DNA of 64,000 nt, taken from positions 115,416 to 179,415 of the forward strand of contig CAKUGY010000003.1 in NCBI GenBank assembly GCA_934654835.1, in the 5' to 3' direction. The translations under genes and the position numbers were made by a program. Numbering within the stretch: the first letter of the stretch is position 1; the number at the start of each line of letters is the position of its first letter. The notes below the pieces were generated by a model, which was given only the letters and a program-made list of their open reading frames with translations, ran no database searches and had not been told where the DNA came from. The DNA is from an uncultured Collinsella sp. Its GTDB lineage: Bacteria; Actinomycetota; Coriobacteriia; Coriobacteriales; Coriobacteriaceae. Positions 1-8,801 of the stretch are shown piece by piece.

Positions 1-80
1 CGGTGCGTTTGCCGGCGATTGAAGTGAGCTGGAGTGTTTTGTCTGATGATGCCGCGAAGGCTCCTGTGGGCCGCTTGGGC

Positions 81-116
81 AAAAAGAAGGACCCGCACCT
101 GTGGCGGTGCGGGTCC
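81..116 (-). terminator. Rho-independent terminator downstream of the LPXTG surface protein gene
   Basis: GC hairpin GGACCCGCAC (89-98) / GTGCGGGTCC (107-116). On the minus strand it is followed by a T-run (A-run 81-85 on plus), about 45 nt after the stop at 162. Confidence 0.6.
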
Positions 117-161
117 TGTTGCTCTGCGGCCTAGTTGCAGGAGCGCGCTAGAAGATCGCTA

Positions 162-2939
162 TTACTTGCGAACCTTGGAAATGACAGCGCCGGCGGCAAA
201 GCAGATGGATGCCATGGCGAGCATCGAGATGATGGCGGTAACCGTAGAGTCGCCCGTTCCGGGGAGCGTCTGCTTGTTGGACTTGTCGGACTTGCCCGGC
301 TTGTCGGTCTTGCTGGGCTTGTCGTCCTTGGGCTTTGCGGGCTCTTGCGGCTTGACGGGAAGCTTGTCGATCGACTCGGTCTTGGTCTGGGTCTCGAAGG
401 CCTCGTTTTCGAAGGTGGCGGTGTAGGTGCCCTCGCCTTCCTTCTCGGTCGTGGCGGGGGTGGTAACCTCGTAAGCGGCCTTTACGGTCTCCTTCTCGAC
501 GTGCGAGGCGTCACGCTTGCAGACGCGCTTAGCGGTGCAGTACCAGGCTCCATCCTTCTGGGACCAGCTGTACTCGGGCTCTGCCCAGTCGTGGTCGAGA
601 GCGGCGATCTTCTCGGTCTTAACCTGGGTCTCGAAGGCGTCGCCGTCGAAGGCAGCGGTGTAGACGGACTTTCCGGCCTCGGTGCAAGTCGCGGGCGTGG
701 TCTCGACCGTTGCCTTCACGGTCTGCTCGTCGACGTGGGAAGCGTCGCGCTTGCAGATACGCTTGGCGGTGCAGGACCAATCGCCGTCCTTCTCGGACCA
801 GGTGTACTCCGCCTTGCCCCAGTCGTGATCGAGCGGGTTGAGCTTCTCGGTCTTGGTCTGGGTCTTGAAGGTGTCGCTCTTGAAGGATGCGGTGTAGACG
901 GACTTGCCAGCCTCGAGGCAGGTCGCCGGCGTGGTCTCGACCGTTGCCTTCACGGTCTCGTCCTCGATGTGGCTCGCGTCGCGCTTGCAGACGCGCTTGG
1001 CAGTGCAGAACCAACTGCCGTCCTTCTGGGACCAGCTGTACTCGGGGTCTGCCCAGTCGTGGCCGAGGACGCCGAGGGCGACGGTGCGGGTCTGGGTCTT
1101 AAAGACGTCGCCGTCGAACTTGGCGGTGTAGACGGACCTGCCAGCCTTGAGGCAGGTCGCCGGCGTGGTCTCGACACTTGCCTTCGCGGTCTGCTCTTCG
1201 ACGTGCGAGGCGTCGCGCTTGCATACACGCTTGGCGGTGCAGTACCACTCGCCGTCCTGCTTGGCCCAGCTGTACTCGGGCTTGCCCCAGTCGTGGCCGA
1301 GAATGCCAAGGACTACGGTCTTGGTCTGGGTCTCAAATGCCTTGTTGCTGAAGGTTGCGGTATAGACGTCCTTGCCGGCGACATCGCAGGTCGACTTGAT
1401 AGCATGCTCGACCGTTACCTTTACGGTCTCCTCCTCGATGTGGCTTGCGTCGCGCTTGCAGACACGCTTGGCGGTGCAGTACCACTCGCCGTCCTGCTTG
1501 CTCCAGGTGTACTCGGGTGCGGCCCAGTCGTGGCCGAGCACGCCGAGGGCGACGGTGCGGGTCTGGGTCTCGAAGGCCTTGTTCTCGAAGGTTACGGTGT
1601 AGACGTCCTTGCCGGCGGCCTCGCAGGTTGCCTTGGTGACGTGCTCGACGGCTGCCTTTTCGGTCTCCTCCTCCACATGGCTGGCGTCGCGCCTGCAGAC
1701 GCGCTTGGCGGTGCAGTACCACTCGCCGTCCTGCTTGCTCCAGGTGTACTCGGGTGCGTCCCAGTCGTGGCCGATGGGGTCGAGGGGTTCGGTCTTGGTC
1801 TGAGGCTCAAAGCACTTGTGCTGGAAGGTCGCGGTGTAGACCCTCTCGCCCGTCTCGGTGCAGTTGGTCGTGTCCGTGTAGGTTGCCTTTACGGTCTCCT
1901 CAATCGGCCAACCGCAGTAGCCGCACTTGGCGTGGCCGGTACAATACCAGCCGTCGTCCTCCTGCTCCCAAACGTAGTCCTTCTGATCGACGAAATTATC
2001 TTCATGCTCGCCGTCGGTGTAGCCGTGGGTCTTCATCTCGCCGCCGGACCACACGAGCTCGCCGTTGATGTTGACGTCAGTTTTGCCCTTGTTGTTGGTG
2101 CTTGCCTTGCCACCAAAGCCAAAGAGCTGCGAGCAGGTAGTGTTATCGCGCGCAGCCGTGGCAGAGCTGTTGGTGATGTTGAGGATGTACTTTTTGTCTC
2201 CCATATTATAGTCGTTGATGGTCAGTGCCTGCTTACCCAAGAACGCATTCGAGTTGAACGTGCAGTCATTCACGTTGACGGTGATGTCGTGCTTGCCCGC
2301 GCCGAAATCGGTGTAGACATTAATCGCCTTGCCGCTGGCATTGAAGGTGCAGTTGTTGAACGTCATGGTCGGCGAGCTGTACGTCCAGATGGCGTAATCG
2401 AGGCTCGGAGCGTTAAACGTCGTGTCCGTGAACTCGGCGGACTCGTAGCCCCAGTAGAACGTCTTGCCATTGACGACGCAACCGTTGAGCACAGTCTTGT
2501 TGGCGCGAATGAAGCCGAGGTAGTCGGCACTGCCGGAACGCATCGTCATGTTCTCGAAGGTAACGGTGCCGGCTCCGTCGAAGGAGTAGTCGCCGTTGTA
2601 CTCAGTGCCGAAGTACGCCGGATCTGGCACGAGCGCGCCAATGTTCCACGCGGTCTTTTCGGTTCCCTGGCCCACAAAGGTGAGATTCTTGCCCTTGGTG
2701 GTGCCTGCGGAGTCCACCTTATAGAGCGTATAGTTGCCCTCACCAAGCACAAGGGTGTCTCCACTGGCCGCCTCTTTGGTGGCGATGGCGACGTCTGTGT
2801 AGACGGTACCGGTCCTTTGATTGGTGATGGTCCATGTCGCGCCATCTGCAAATGCTGGTGACGCGAGGCCTATCATGACGAACGCAGCGGCAACAAACGC
2901 AGCGATCGCACGATAAGCCGTTCTGGTTAACGACTTCAT
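162..2939 (-). CDS. LPXTG-anchored cell-wall surface protein (signal peptide, beta-helix-like N-terminal region, seven ~79-aa Cys-containing repeats)
   Basis: N-terminus MKSLTRTAYRAIAAFVAAAFVMIGLASPAFA is signal-peptide-like. The N/T/G-rich segment with repeated short beta-strand motifs (NVNDCTFNSN, TFNNCTFNAS) resembles a parallel beta-helix. Repeats follow the pattern HDW..PEY.WS..DG.W.CTAKRVCKRDASH.E..T.KA.VE...ATC..AG..VYTA.F....F.TQTKT. The C-terminus is LPGTG plus a hydrophobic helix plus KVRK. Confidence 0.85.
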   Translation of the reverse strand: MKSLTRTAYRAIAAFVAAAFVMIGLASPAFADGATWTITNQRTGTVYTDVAIATKEAASGDTLVLGEGNYTLYKVDSAGTTKGKNLTFVGQGTEKTAWNIGALVPDPAYFGTEYNGDYSFDGAGTVTFENMTMRSGSADYLGFIRANKTVLNGCVVNGKTFYWGYESAEFTDTTFNAPSLDYAIWTYSSPTMTFNNCTFNASGKAINVYTDFGAGKHDITVNVNDCTFNSNAFLGKQALTINDYNMGDKKYILNITNSSATAARDNTTCSQLFGFGGKASTNNKGKTDVNINGELVWSGGEMKTHGYTDGEHEDNFVDQKDYVWEQEDDGWYCTGHAKCGYCGWPIEETVKATYTDTTNCTETGERVYTATFQHKCFEPQTKTEPLDPIGHDWDAPEYTWSKQDGEWYCTAKRVCRRDASHVEEETEKAAVEHVTKATCEAAGKDVYTVTFENKAFETQTRTVALGVLGHDWAAPEYTWSKQDGEWYCTAKRVCKRDASHIEEETVKVTVEHAIKSTCDVAGKDVYTATFSNKAFETQTKTVVLGILGHDWGKPEYSWAKQDGEWYCTAKRVCKRDASHVEEQTAKASVETTPATCLKAGRSVYTAKFDGDVFKTQTRTVALGVLGHDWADPEYSWSQKDGSWFCTAKRVCKRDASHIEDETVKATVETTPATCLEAGKSVYTASFKSDTFKTQTKTEKLNPLDHDWGKAEYTWSEKDGDWSCTAKRICKRDASHVDEQTVKATVETTPATCTEAGKSVYTAAFDGDAFETQVKTEKIAALDHDWAEPEYSWSQKDGAWYCTAKRVCKRDASHVEKETVKAAYEVTTPATTEKEGEGTYTATFENEAFETQTKTESIDKLPVKPQEPAKPKDDKPSKTDKPGKSDKSNKQTLPGTGDSTVTAIISMLAMASICFAAGAVISKVRK
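360..1990 (-). repeat. Tandem coding repeats, period about 237 bp, six full plus one divergent unit, inside the LPXTG protein gene
   Basis: The block GCGTCGCGCTTGCAGACGCGCTTGGCGGTGCAGTACCA... recurs near 508, 745, 979, 1212, 1447 and 1685. Adjacent units are near-identical at the DNA level. Confidence 0.8.
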
Positions 2940-3246
2940 GCTGACACTCCTTTTATCCCGGTGGTATTAGCCAACATATATAGTTTAGATTCTGTAAAAT
3001 CTTTTCCGAGCGTGTTAAAAATTTGATTGCCAATAAGTAAAAACAGCACAGGAAAAACACAGTAATTTGTAAAATGTTGCAACTGTTTCTCCAACAAAAT
3101 TGCGTCAGCGACGGCGTTTTGGGCAGCTGCAACGTTCCCGCTTTAGGTGGAAATTTCTATTGCCTGCAATCGAAAATGCCGATAGCCGTGGCTCCTGACA
3201 GTCGCTTCCTTATGGGTTAGACTGGGCATCGAAAAATCCGATGAAT

Positions 3247-3287
3247 GGGACAACTGCCTCCTGGCATCGTTGCCCCATTTTTATTTT
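3247..3287 (+). terminator. Hairpin plus T-run inside the 5' leader of fchA-folD (candidate attenuator)
   Basis: GGGACAACTGCC (3247-3258), loop TCCT, GGCATCGTTGCCCC (3263-3276), then ATTTTTATTTT. It lies about 50 nt upstream of the fchA-like start, and the gene upstream is divergent. Confidence 0.4.
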
Positions 3288-3334
3288 GGCGTGCTACGGC
3301 CTCGTCTGCCGGCGCGCCTGATAGAGGTGTTCCG

Positions 3335-3967
3335 ATGAGCCAAGAGATGATGGACAAGACTTGCCGCGGATTTGCCGAGGCGCTCGCTGCTCGTGAGCCC
3401 GTGCCGGGCGGCGGTAGCGCGAGCGCCTTTGTGGGCGCGCTGGGCGCCTCGCTTTGCGGGATGGTCGCGCGCTACGGGGCAACTAATCCCGCGCTAGCCA
3501 ATCGCGCAGACGATCTGACGCGTGCATTTGCCCAGGCAGACGAGTTGGCGCAGGAACTTGTAGGTCTAGTTGCCGAGGATGTTCGTGCGTACGGCCAGGT
3601 GTCCGCTGCGTACGGTATTCCTCGTGATGATCCGGCTCGATCCGTGGCGATTCAGGACGCGTTGCGCGTGGCGGCCATGCCGCCGTACCGGATCATGGAC
3701 ACCTGTGGGCGCGCGCTGGCGCTGCTCGAGGACATGGCCGATAAGGGTTCGCGCCAGCTGCTGTCCGACGTGGCGTGCGGTGCCGTGTTCTGCCGTGCCG
3801 CCATGCAGGGCGCGAGCCTGACGCTCTTTGCCAATACCACGTCCATGAAGGATCGCGCCCGCGCCGAGGGGCTCGAGGCGGCGTGCGATGAGCTGCTGGA
3901 TACGTGGCTGCCGCGTGCCGATGCGCTGGCACGCCGCGCTGCCGACGCTGCAAGGAAGAGGGGATAG
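3335..3967 (+). CDS. Cyclodeaminase/cyclohydrolase family protein (FTCD C-terminal domain type; methenyl-THF cyclohydrolase-like)
   Basis: The motif FAEALAAREPVPGGGSASAFVGALGASLCGMV is typical of formiminotransferase-cyclodeaminase C-terminal domain proteins. The start at 3335 has the RBS AGAGGTG 5 nt upstream. Its stop abuts the folD start. Confidence 0.75.
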   Translation: MSQEMMDKTCRGFAEALAAREPVPGGGSASAFVGALGASLCGMVARYGATNPALANRADDLTRAFAQADELAQELVGLVAEDVRAYGQVSAAYGIPRDDPARSVAIQDALRVAAMPPYRIMDTCGRALALLEDMADKGSRQLLSDVACGAVFCRAAMQGASLTLFANTTSMKDRARAEGLEAACDELLDTWLPRADALARRAADAARKRG

Positions 3968-3969
3968 CC

Positions 3970-4848
3970 ATGGCCGAGCTATTGAAGGGCGCTCCGGTCG
4001 CCTGCGCGTTGACTGAGGAACTCGCTGCCCGCTGCACTACGCTGCGCGAGCGCGGCGTTGTTCCGACGCTTACTATCGTGCGTGTGGGCGAGCGCGAGGA
4101 CGACCTGTCCTACGAGCGTGGCGCCCTTAAGCGCTGCGAAAAGGTGGGCATCGAAGCTCGTCGTGTTTTGCTTCCCGCCGATGTTTCACAGGACGAGCTG
4201 TTGTCTGCCATCGAGGAGATCAATGCCGATTCGGCTGTCCATGGCTGCCTGCTGTTCCGTCCGCTGCCCGCCGGCCTTGACGAAGACGCTGTTGCCGCGG
4301 CGCTCGATCCCGCCAAGGACGTTGACTCCATGACGCCGGCTTCGCTGCTCACTACGCTTTCGGGGCGTGGCGAGGGTTTTGCCCCCTGCACGGCAGAAGC
4401 TGTGCTGGCGATTCTGGATCACTATGGTGTGGAGCTGGACGGTGCCAAGATTGCCGTTGTCGGTCGCTCGCTGGTGATCGGGCGTCCTGTTGCCGCCATG
4501 CTTACGGTGCGCAATGCTACCGTGACGACGTGTCATACGCACACGCGCGATCTCACTGCCGAGTGTCGAGCTGCCGACATTGTCGTTGCTGCGGTCGGAC
4601 GCGCGCGTACGATTGGCGCGGATGCGGTCCGCGAGGGCCAGACGGTTGTCGATGTGGGCATTAACTGGGATGAGGCGGCCGGCAAGTTGGTCGGCGACGT
4701 TGATTTCGATGCCGCGGAGCCGGTCGTTGGCGCCATCACGCCCGTGCCGGGCGGCGTGGGAGCTGTGACGACGGCAATTCTCGCCAAGCATGTGATCGAG
4801 GCGGCCGAGCGCGGTCGCGCGCGCAGACGTGGTGTAAGAGCGTCCTGA
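3970..4848 (+). CDS. folD: Bifunctional methylene-THF dehydrogenase / methenyl-THF cyclohydrolase FolD; the last 12 codons are encoded by the IS terminal repeat
   Basis: FolD-like sequence throughout (LTIVRVGEREDDLSYERGALKRCEKVGI, VVGRSLVIGRPVAAML, ITPVPGGVGAVTTAIL). From 4814 on, the 3' end lies within the IS256-family inverted repeat. Confidence 0.9.
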   Translation: MAELLKGAPVACALTEELAARCTTLRERGVVPTLTIVRVGEREDDLSYERGALKRCEKVGIEARRVLLPADVSQDELLSAIEEINADSAVHGCLLFRPLPAGLDEDAVAAALDPAKDVDSMTPASLLTTLSGRGEGFAPCTAEAVLAILDHYGVELDGAKIAVVGRSLVIGRPVAAMLTVRNATVTTCHTHTRDLTAECRAADIVVAAVGRARTIGADAVREGQTVVDVGINWDEAAGKLVGDVDFDAAEPVVGAITPVPGGVGAVTTAILAKHVIEAAERGRARRRGVRAS

Positions 4849-6318
4849 GGTCCGTCGCTGCAAGTCCCGATGTTACTCCTTCTTGAGGCCGCGCTTCTCG
4901 ACTATCTCGTCCACTATCTCCCTGGCGCGCCGCCCGAGCGCGCGGCGCCTCCCCTCCGTCGGGGCCGGCCTGCCCGCGGGCTCGGCGAAGCCCTCGGCGG
5001 CCGAGGCCTCGGAGAACACGCGCTGCTGGGACCACTGCCCCTCGGTCTCCATGAGGCTCGCGCACGTCAGGCGCAGCATCGACTCCCTCGAGGGGAAGGA
5101 CTGCACGACCCTGTAGCGGCGCTTGATCTCGCGGTTGGCGCGTTCCTGGACGTTGTTGGTGCGGAGCTTGGCCCAGTGCGCCCTGGGGAAGGCCGTGAAC
5201 GCCAGCGCGGAGTCCTCGGCCTGCTCGAAGACCTCGCCGGCCCTGGCGGACACCGACGCCACCCAGGGCGCCGCCTCGGCCCACACGCAGCGCGCGAGGT
5301 CGGGGTCGTCCTGGTAGACCGCGGCGTGCACGAGGTCCCTGACGGCCGCCTTGGAGTCCTCGGGCCTGCCCGAGCAGGCGCTCTGGAGGTTGCGCTGCAG
5401 GTGCGTCACGCAGCGCTGCCAGGCGCAGCCCTGGAACAGGCGCGAGACGGCGGCCACGAGCCCGGCGTGGCTGTCGGAGACCACGAGGCGGACGCCGGCC
5501 AGCCCGCGCTCGCGCAGCCCGCCGAGGAATGCCGCCCAGGAGTCCTCGCTCTCGGTGTCGACCACGTCGCAGCCCAGGAAGTGCTTGCGCCCGTCGGCGC
5601 CCAGCCCGATCGCGGTCACGACGCCCTGCGAGACGACCGACGAGCCGACCCTGCAGCTCATGTAGGTGGCGTCGAGCCACAGGTAGCAGCACGGCGTGCC
5701 CGACAGGTCGCGGCGGCGGAACTCCGCCACCTCGGCGTCGAGCTCGGAGCAGAGTCTCGAGACCTCCGAGCTCGACAGCGAGGATATGCCCAGCCTGGAC
5801 GCCACGCGCTCGACCTTGCGGGTGGACACGCCGCACGCGTACATCTCCTGCACGATGGCGGCCACCGAGGTGTCGACGCGCGACCATCGCGCGAGCATGC
5901 CCTCGGGGTAGTAGGTGCCGTGCCTGAGCTTGGGTATCTCGAGCTCCACGTCGCCAACGGCGGTCTTGAGCGACCTGGGGCGGTAGCCGTTGCGGCTGTT
6001 CTCCCTGCCGTCGCTGCGCTCGTTGCGGCTCGCGCCGCACATCTGCTGGGCCTCGGAGTCCATCAGCGCGTTCATCACGCCGCCCAGCACCCTGCACGCG
6101 AACTCGCGCGCGTCGCCGCACTCCTGCCAAAGCCTCGCCGCCTCGAGGGCCTCGTCGCGGCCGAGGCGCAGTACACTCTCTTCTTGGGGCATCGCCTTTC
6201 CTTCCATTCGTCACCTTCATTACTCCAACGACGAATTCTAGGCGGTGTCCCCTCCCTTTCAAGAAAGGGAAGAGGCGGGGCATGCCCCGCCTCTTACACC
6301 ACATCTCTGCGCGCTACC
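4814..6318 (-). mobile_element. IS256-family insertion sequence, 1505 bp, apparently intact
   Basis: Imperfect terminal inverted repeats: 4814-4840 GTCGCGCGCGCAGACGTGGTGTAAGAG, and the reverse complement of 6291-6318 GGTAGCGCGCAGAGATGTGGTGTAAGAG. They are flanked by the 9-bp direct repeat CCGAGCGCG (4805-4813 and 6319-6327). The element holds a single transposase ORF and a perfect palindrome GAGGCGGGGCATGCCCCGCCTC (6272-6293) just inside the right end. Confidence 0.85.
4873..6207 (-). CDS. IS256-family (mutator-type) transposase
   Basis: 444 aa with IS256/MULE transposase hallmarks: NGYRPRSLKTAVGDVELEIPKLR, VQEMYACGVSTRKVE, YLWLDATYMSCR, VVSDSHAGLVAAV, CAWQRCVTHLQRN, NNVQERANREIKRR. Confidence 0.9.
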   Translation of the reverse strand: MEGKAMPQEESVLRLGRDEALEAARLWQECGDAREFACRVLGGVMNALMDSEAQQMCGASRNERSDGRENSRNGYRPRSLKTAVGDVELEIPKLRHGTYYPEGMLARWSRVDTSVAAIVQEMYACGVSTRKVERVASRLGISSLSSSEVSRLCSELDAEVAEFRRRDLSGTPCCYLWLDATYMSCRVGSSVVSQGVVTAIGLGADGRKHFLGCDVVDTESEDSWAAFLGGLRERGLAGVRLVVSDSHAGLVAAVSRLFQGCAWQRCVTHLQRNLQSACSGRPEDSKAAVRDLVHAAVYQDDPDLARCVWAEAAPWVASVSARAGEVFEQAEDSALAFTAFPRAHWAKLRTNNVQERANREIKRRYRVVQSFPSRESMLRLTCASLMETEGQWSQQRVFSEASAAEGFAEPAGRPAPTEGRRRALGRRAREIVDEIVEKRGLKKE

Positions 6319-6371
6319 CCGAGCGCGCATCGAAATAGGCGTTTGGAGGCTGTTTGGGGGCTGGTTCTATG

Positions 6372-6609
6372 CCCCGTGGTCAAAAAATGCCAAATATGAG
6401 TACTGTTGCCTTGTTGGTTACATATCTTTGAGACTGATTTGACTCCCTAACGATATCGAATATCGTTATGGAGTCTCTTTTATTGGACTCATGTGGAATT
6501 ACTTCACTCATCTTTTGGACAAGTGGGGATTTTTAGCGCCCTGTCCGGTGGAATTTGCTGCTACTAAATTGGTGACAGTACTCATATTTGGCATTTTTTG
6601 CACACGGGG
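6372..6609. repeat. MITE-like element: AT-rich 168-bp core bounded by about 35-bp inverted repeats
   Basis: Left arm 6372-6406 is CCCCGTGGTCAAAAAATGCCAAATATGAGTACTGT. The right arm 6575-6609 is its reverse complement with 2 mismatches. There is an internal hairpin GACTCCCTAACGATA/TATCGTTATGGAGTC (6441-6475). No convincing ORF. Confidence 0.6.
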
Positions 6610-6704
6610 GTCTCGAGGGGGTCCCGAGGGGCCGCGGTTTCGCCCTTTTTGCGTCGAAGCGATACACTGTTACCGTTTGATTTCTTCGCTCAAGGAGGAT
6701 GCGC

Positions 6705-8228
6705 ATGCCGTGCACAACGATTTTGGTTGGTAAGAACGCGAGCTACGACGGGTCGACGCTGGTTGCCCGCAACGAGGACTCGTCCAACGGGGTGTTTGAG
6801 CCCAAGCGCATGCGCGTGGTGCATCCCGACGAGCAGCCGCGCGTCTATACGAGCGTTCTGAGCCATCTGACGATCGATCTGCCCGATAACCCCATGCGTT
6901 ACACGAGCGTCCCCGACGTTGTCCCGGGCCACGGCATCTGGGCCGAGGCCGGATTCAACGAGCTCAACGTGGGCATGTCCGCAACCGAGACGCTCACCAC
7001 CAACGAGCGCGTCCGCGGTGCCGACCCGCTCGTCGACTACGTGCCCGCCAAGGGCAACGAGGGCGAGGACGGCTATGTTCCGGCACAGCCCGGTGGTCTG
7101 GGCGAGGAGGACATGGTGACCCTGGTCTTGCCGTACGCCAAGTCCGCCCGCGACGGCGTGCGCATCTTGGGTGACCTGCTCGAGCGCTATGGCACCTACG
7201 AGAACAACGGCATCGCCTTTAGCGACGTGGATGAGATCTGGTGGCTCGAGACCATTGGCGGCCACCACTGGATTGCCAAGCGCGTGCCCGATGACGCCTA
7301 TGTGACCATGCCCAACCAGCTGGGTATCGATAGCTTTGACCTGGACGACGCCGAGGGCGCCCAAGCCGACCACATGTGCTCCGCCGACCTGCGCTCCTGG
7401 ATGGCCGAGTGGCATCTGGATCTGACGCTGGGCGTCGAGGGTGACGGCCCCGCTGCGGTCTTTAACCCGCGCGAGGCCTTTGGCTCGCACAGCGACAGCG
7501 ATCACGTCTACAACACGCCGCGCGCCTGGTACATGCAGCGCTGCCTCAACCCCAGCGACGTGTGGGACGGCCCCGACGCCGACTTTACGCCCGAGAGCGA
7601 TGACATCCCCTGGAGCCGCGTGCCCGAGCGCAAGGTGACCATCGAGGTCATTAAGTACGTGCTCTCCAGTCACTACCAGGGCACGGAGTACGACTGCTAC
7701 GGCAGCAAGGGCACGCCGGCCACGCGCGGCGCCTATCGTCCCATCGGCATCAACCGCAACAGCCAGCTCGCCGTGTTGCAGCTTCGCCCCTATGCGCAGC
7801 CGGCCTATCGCGCCGTGCAGTGGATGGCATTTGGCTCCAATTCGTTTAACGCGCTGGTCCCGCTGTATGCCAACGTCGAGACCATGCCCGAGTACTACGC
7901 TGACACGCAGGCTCGCGTGACCTCCGAGAACTTCTACTGGGCGAATCGCCTGATTGGCGCCCTGGCCGATGTCCGCTTCCATGAGTGCGGCCGCGCGGTG
8001 GAGGACTACCAGGAGAAGGTCGGTGGCATGGGCCACAAGCAGCTCCACGATGTTGACGCCGCCGTTGCCGCCCTGCCCGAGGCCGAGGTTTCCGCCGAGC
8101 TCGCGCGCGCCAACGAGGCCTTCGCCGAGCTCGTGCGCGTGGAGACCGATGCCCTGTTGGGCAAGGTGCTCTACACCACGAGCTGCGCCATGAAGAACTC
8201 CTTCGCGATGAACGATAACGTCAGGTAA
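6705..8228 (+). CDS. C69 family dipeptidase
   Basis: The N-terminus MPCTTILVGKNASYDGSTLVARNEDS (Cys right after Met) is characteristic of peptidase C69. RBS AGGAGG lies 6 nt upstream of the ATG at 6705. An alternative ATG is at 6699. Confidence 0.85.
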   Translation: MPCTTILVGKNASYDGSTLVARNEDSSNGVFEPKRMRVVHPDEQPRVYTSVLSHLTIDLPDNPMRYTSVPDVVPGHGIWAEAGFNELNVGMSATETLTTNERVRGADPLVDYVPAKGNEGEDGYVPAQPGGLGEEDMVTLVLPYAKSARDGVRILGDLLERYGTYENNGIAFSDVDEIWWLETIGGHHWIAKRVPDDAYVTMPNQLGIDSFDLDDAEGAQADHMCSADLRSWMAEWHLDLTLGVEGDGPAAVFNPREAFGSHSDSDHVYNTPRAWYMQRCLNPSDVWDGPDADFTPESDDIPWSRVPERKVTIEVIKYVLSSHYQGTEYDCYGSKGTPATRGAYRPIGINRNSQLAVLQLRPYAQPAYRAVQWMAFGSNSFNALVPLYANVETMPEYYADTQARVTSENFYWANRLIGALADVRFHECGRAVEDYQEKVGGMGHKQLHDVDAAVAALPEAEVSAELARANEAFAELVRVETDALLGKVLYTTSCAMKNSFAMNDNVR

Positions 8229-8376
8229 AGACCACCTTGCAGCGAGCGAGCGGGGCAAACGCCGTCAAAGGCTTTTTCCCGCTCGATTTCTATCCTCGCG
8301 ATAAAACGATTTTGTGTCGTTCGCTCAATCTTGGGTACAAGAAGGCCAATGCAGTTGTTCATGATTGGAGCCAACC

Positions 8377-8793
8377 ATGGTTATGAAACTCGACCAGCTT
8401 GTTAACGGTGCCATCAACGTGGGCTTCGGCGCCGCCGCCGTCGCCGTCGAGGGCAGCAAGAAGGTTCTCAACGATCTCAGTACCAAGGGCGAGCAGGTTC
8501 GCAAGGACGCCGGTGCCCCCGATATCGCCCGCAGCGTGTCCGACATGTTCGAGCAGGCCGGCGGCACCATCTCCGATCTGTCCGAGCGCCTGGGCATGCA
8601 GGGCGAGACCGCGGCGCAGCGTGTGCTCGACGAGCTCATCCTGGCCCGCGTCCGCGTTATGACCGCTCCCGAGCGCACGGCCTTCTTGGCCCACGTGCGC
8701 GACATCGTCGATTCGGTCGAGGACAACGTGACCTCGGTGCCCGTCGAGTCCGTTGAGCCCGACGATGCAGAGGACACCGAAGAGGCCGAGTAG
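8377..8793 (+). CDS. Hypothetical protein, phasin-like N-terminal region, acidic C-terminus
   Basis: GGAG lies 6 nt upstream of the ATG. AINVGFGAAAVAVEGSKKVLNDLSTKGEQVRKD resembles PHA-granule-associated (phasin) family N-termini. The gene sits directly upstream of the ABC1/UbiB kinase gene. Confidence 0.5.
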   Translation: MVMKLDQLVNGAINVGFGAAAVAVEGSKKVLNDLSTKGEQVRKDAGAPDIARSVSDMFEQAGGTISDLSERLGMQGETAAQRVLDELILARVRVMTAPERTAFLAHVRDIVDSVEDNVTSVPVESVEPDDAEDTEEAE

Positions 8794-8801
8794 CAGCGCA
8801 G

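Noticed and set aside
135-2861. 908-aa ORF on the plus strand covering the LPXTG gene
   Set aside because: It is the antisense shadow of a clearly real gene. Its product is G/L/V/A/R low-complexity sequence with no motifs, which is typical of high-GC antisense frames.
3170-3300. Possible THF riboswitch upstream of fchA-folD (contains GAATGGGA)
   Set aside because: Beyond this short match I could not align the conserved THF-I helices or junction nucleotides. It is kept only as an unnamed attenuator candidate.
4736-6399. 522-aa (minus strand) and 509-aa (plus strand) ORFs overlapping the transposase gene
   Set aside because: Both are Arg/Gly/Pro/Ala-rich translations without motifs. The 444-aa frame carries all the IS256 transposase signatures.
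6690-8258. 522-aa minus-strand ORF opposite the C69 dipeptidase
   Set aside because: Antisense shadow ORF. There is no RBS or recognisable family, whereas the plus frame has the diagnostic MPCTT N-terminus.
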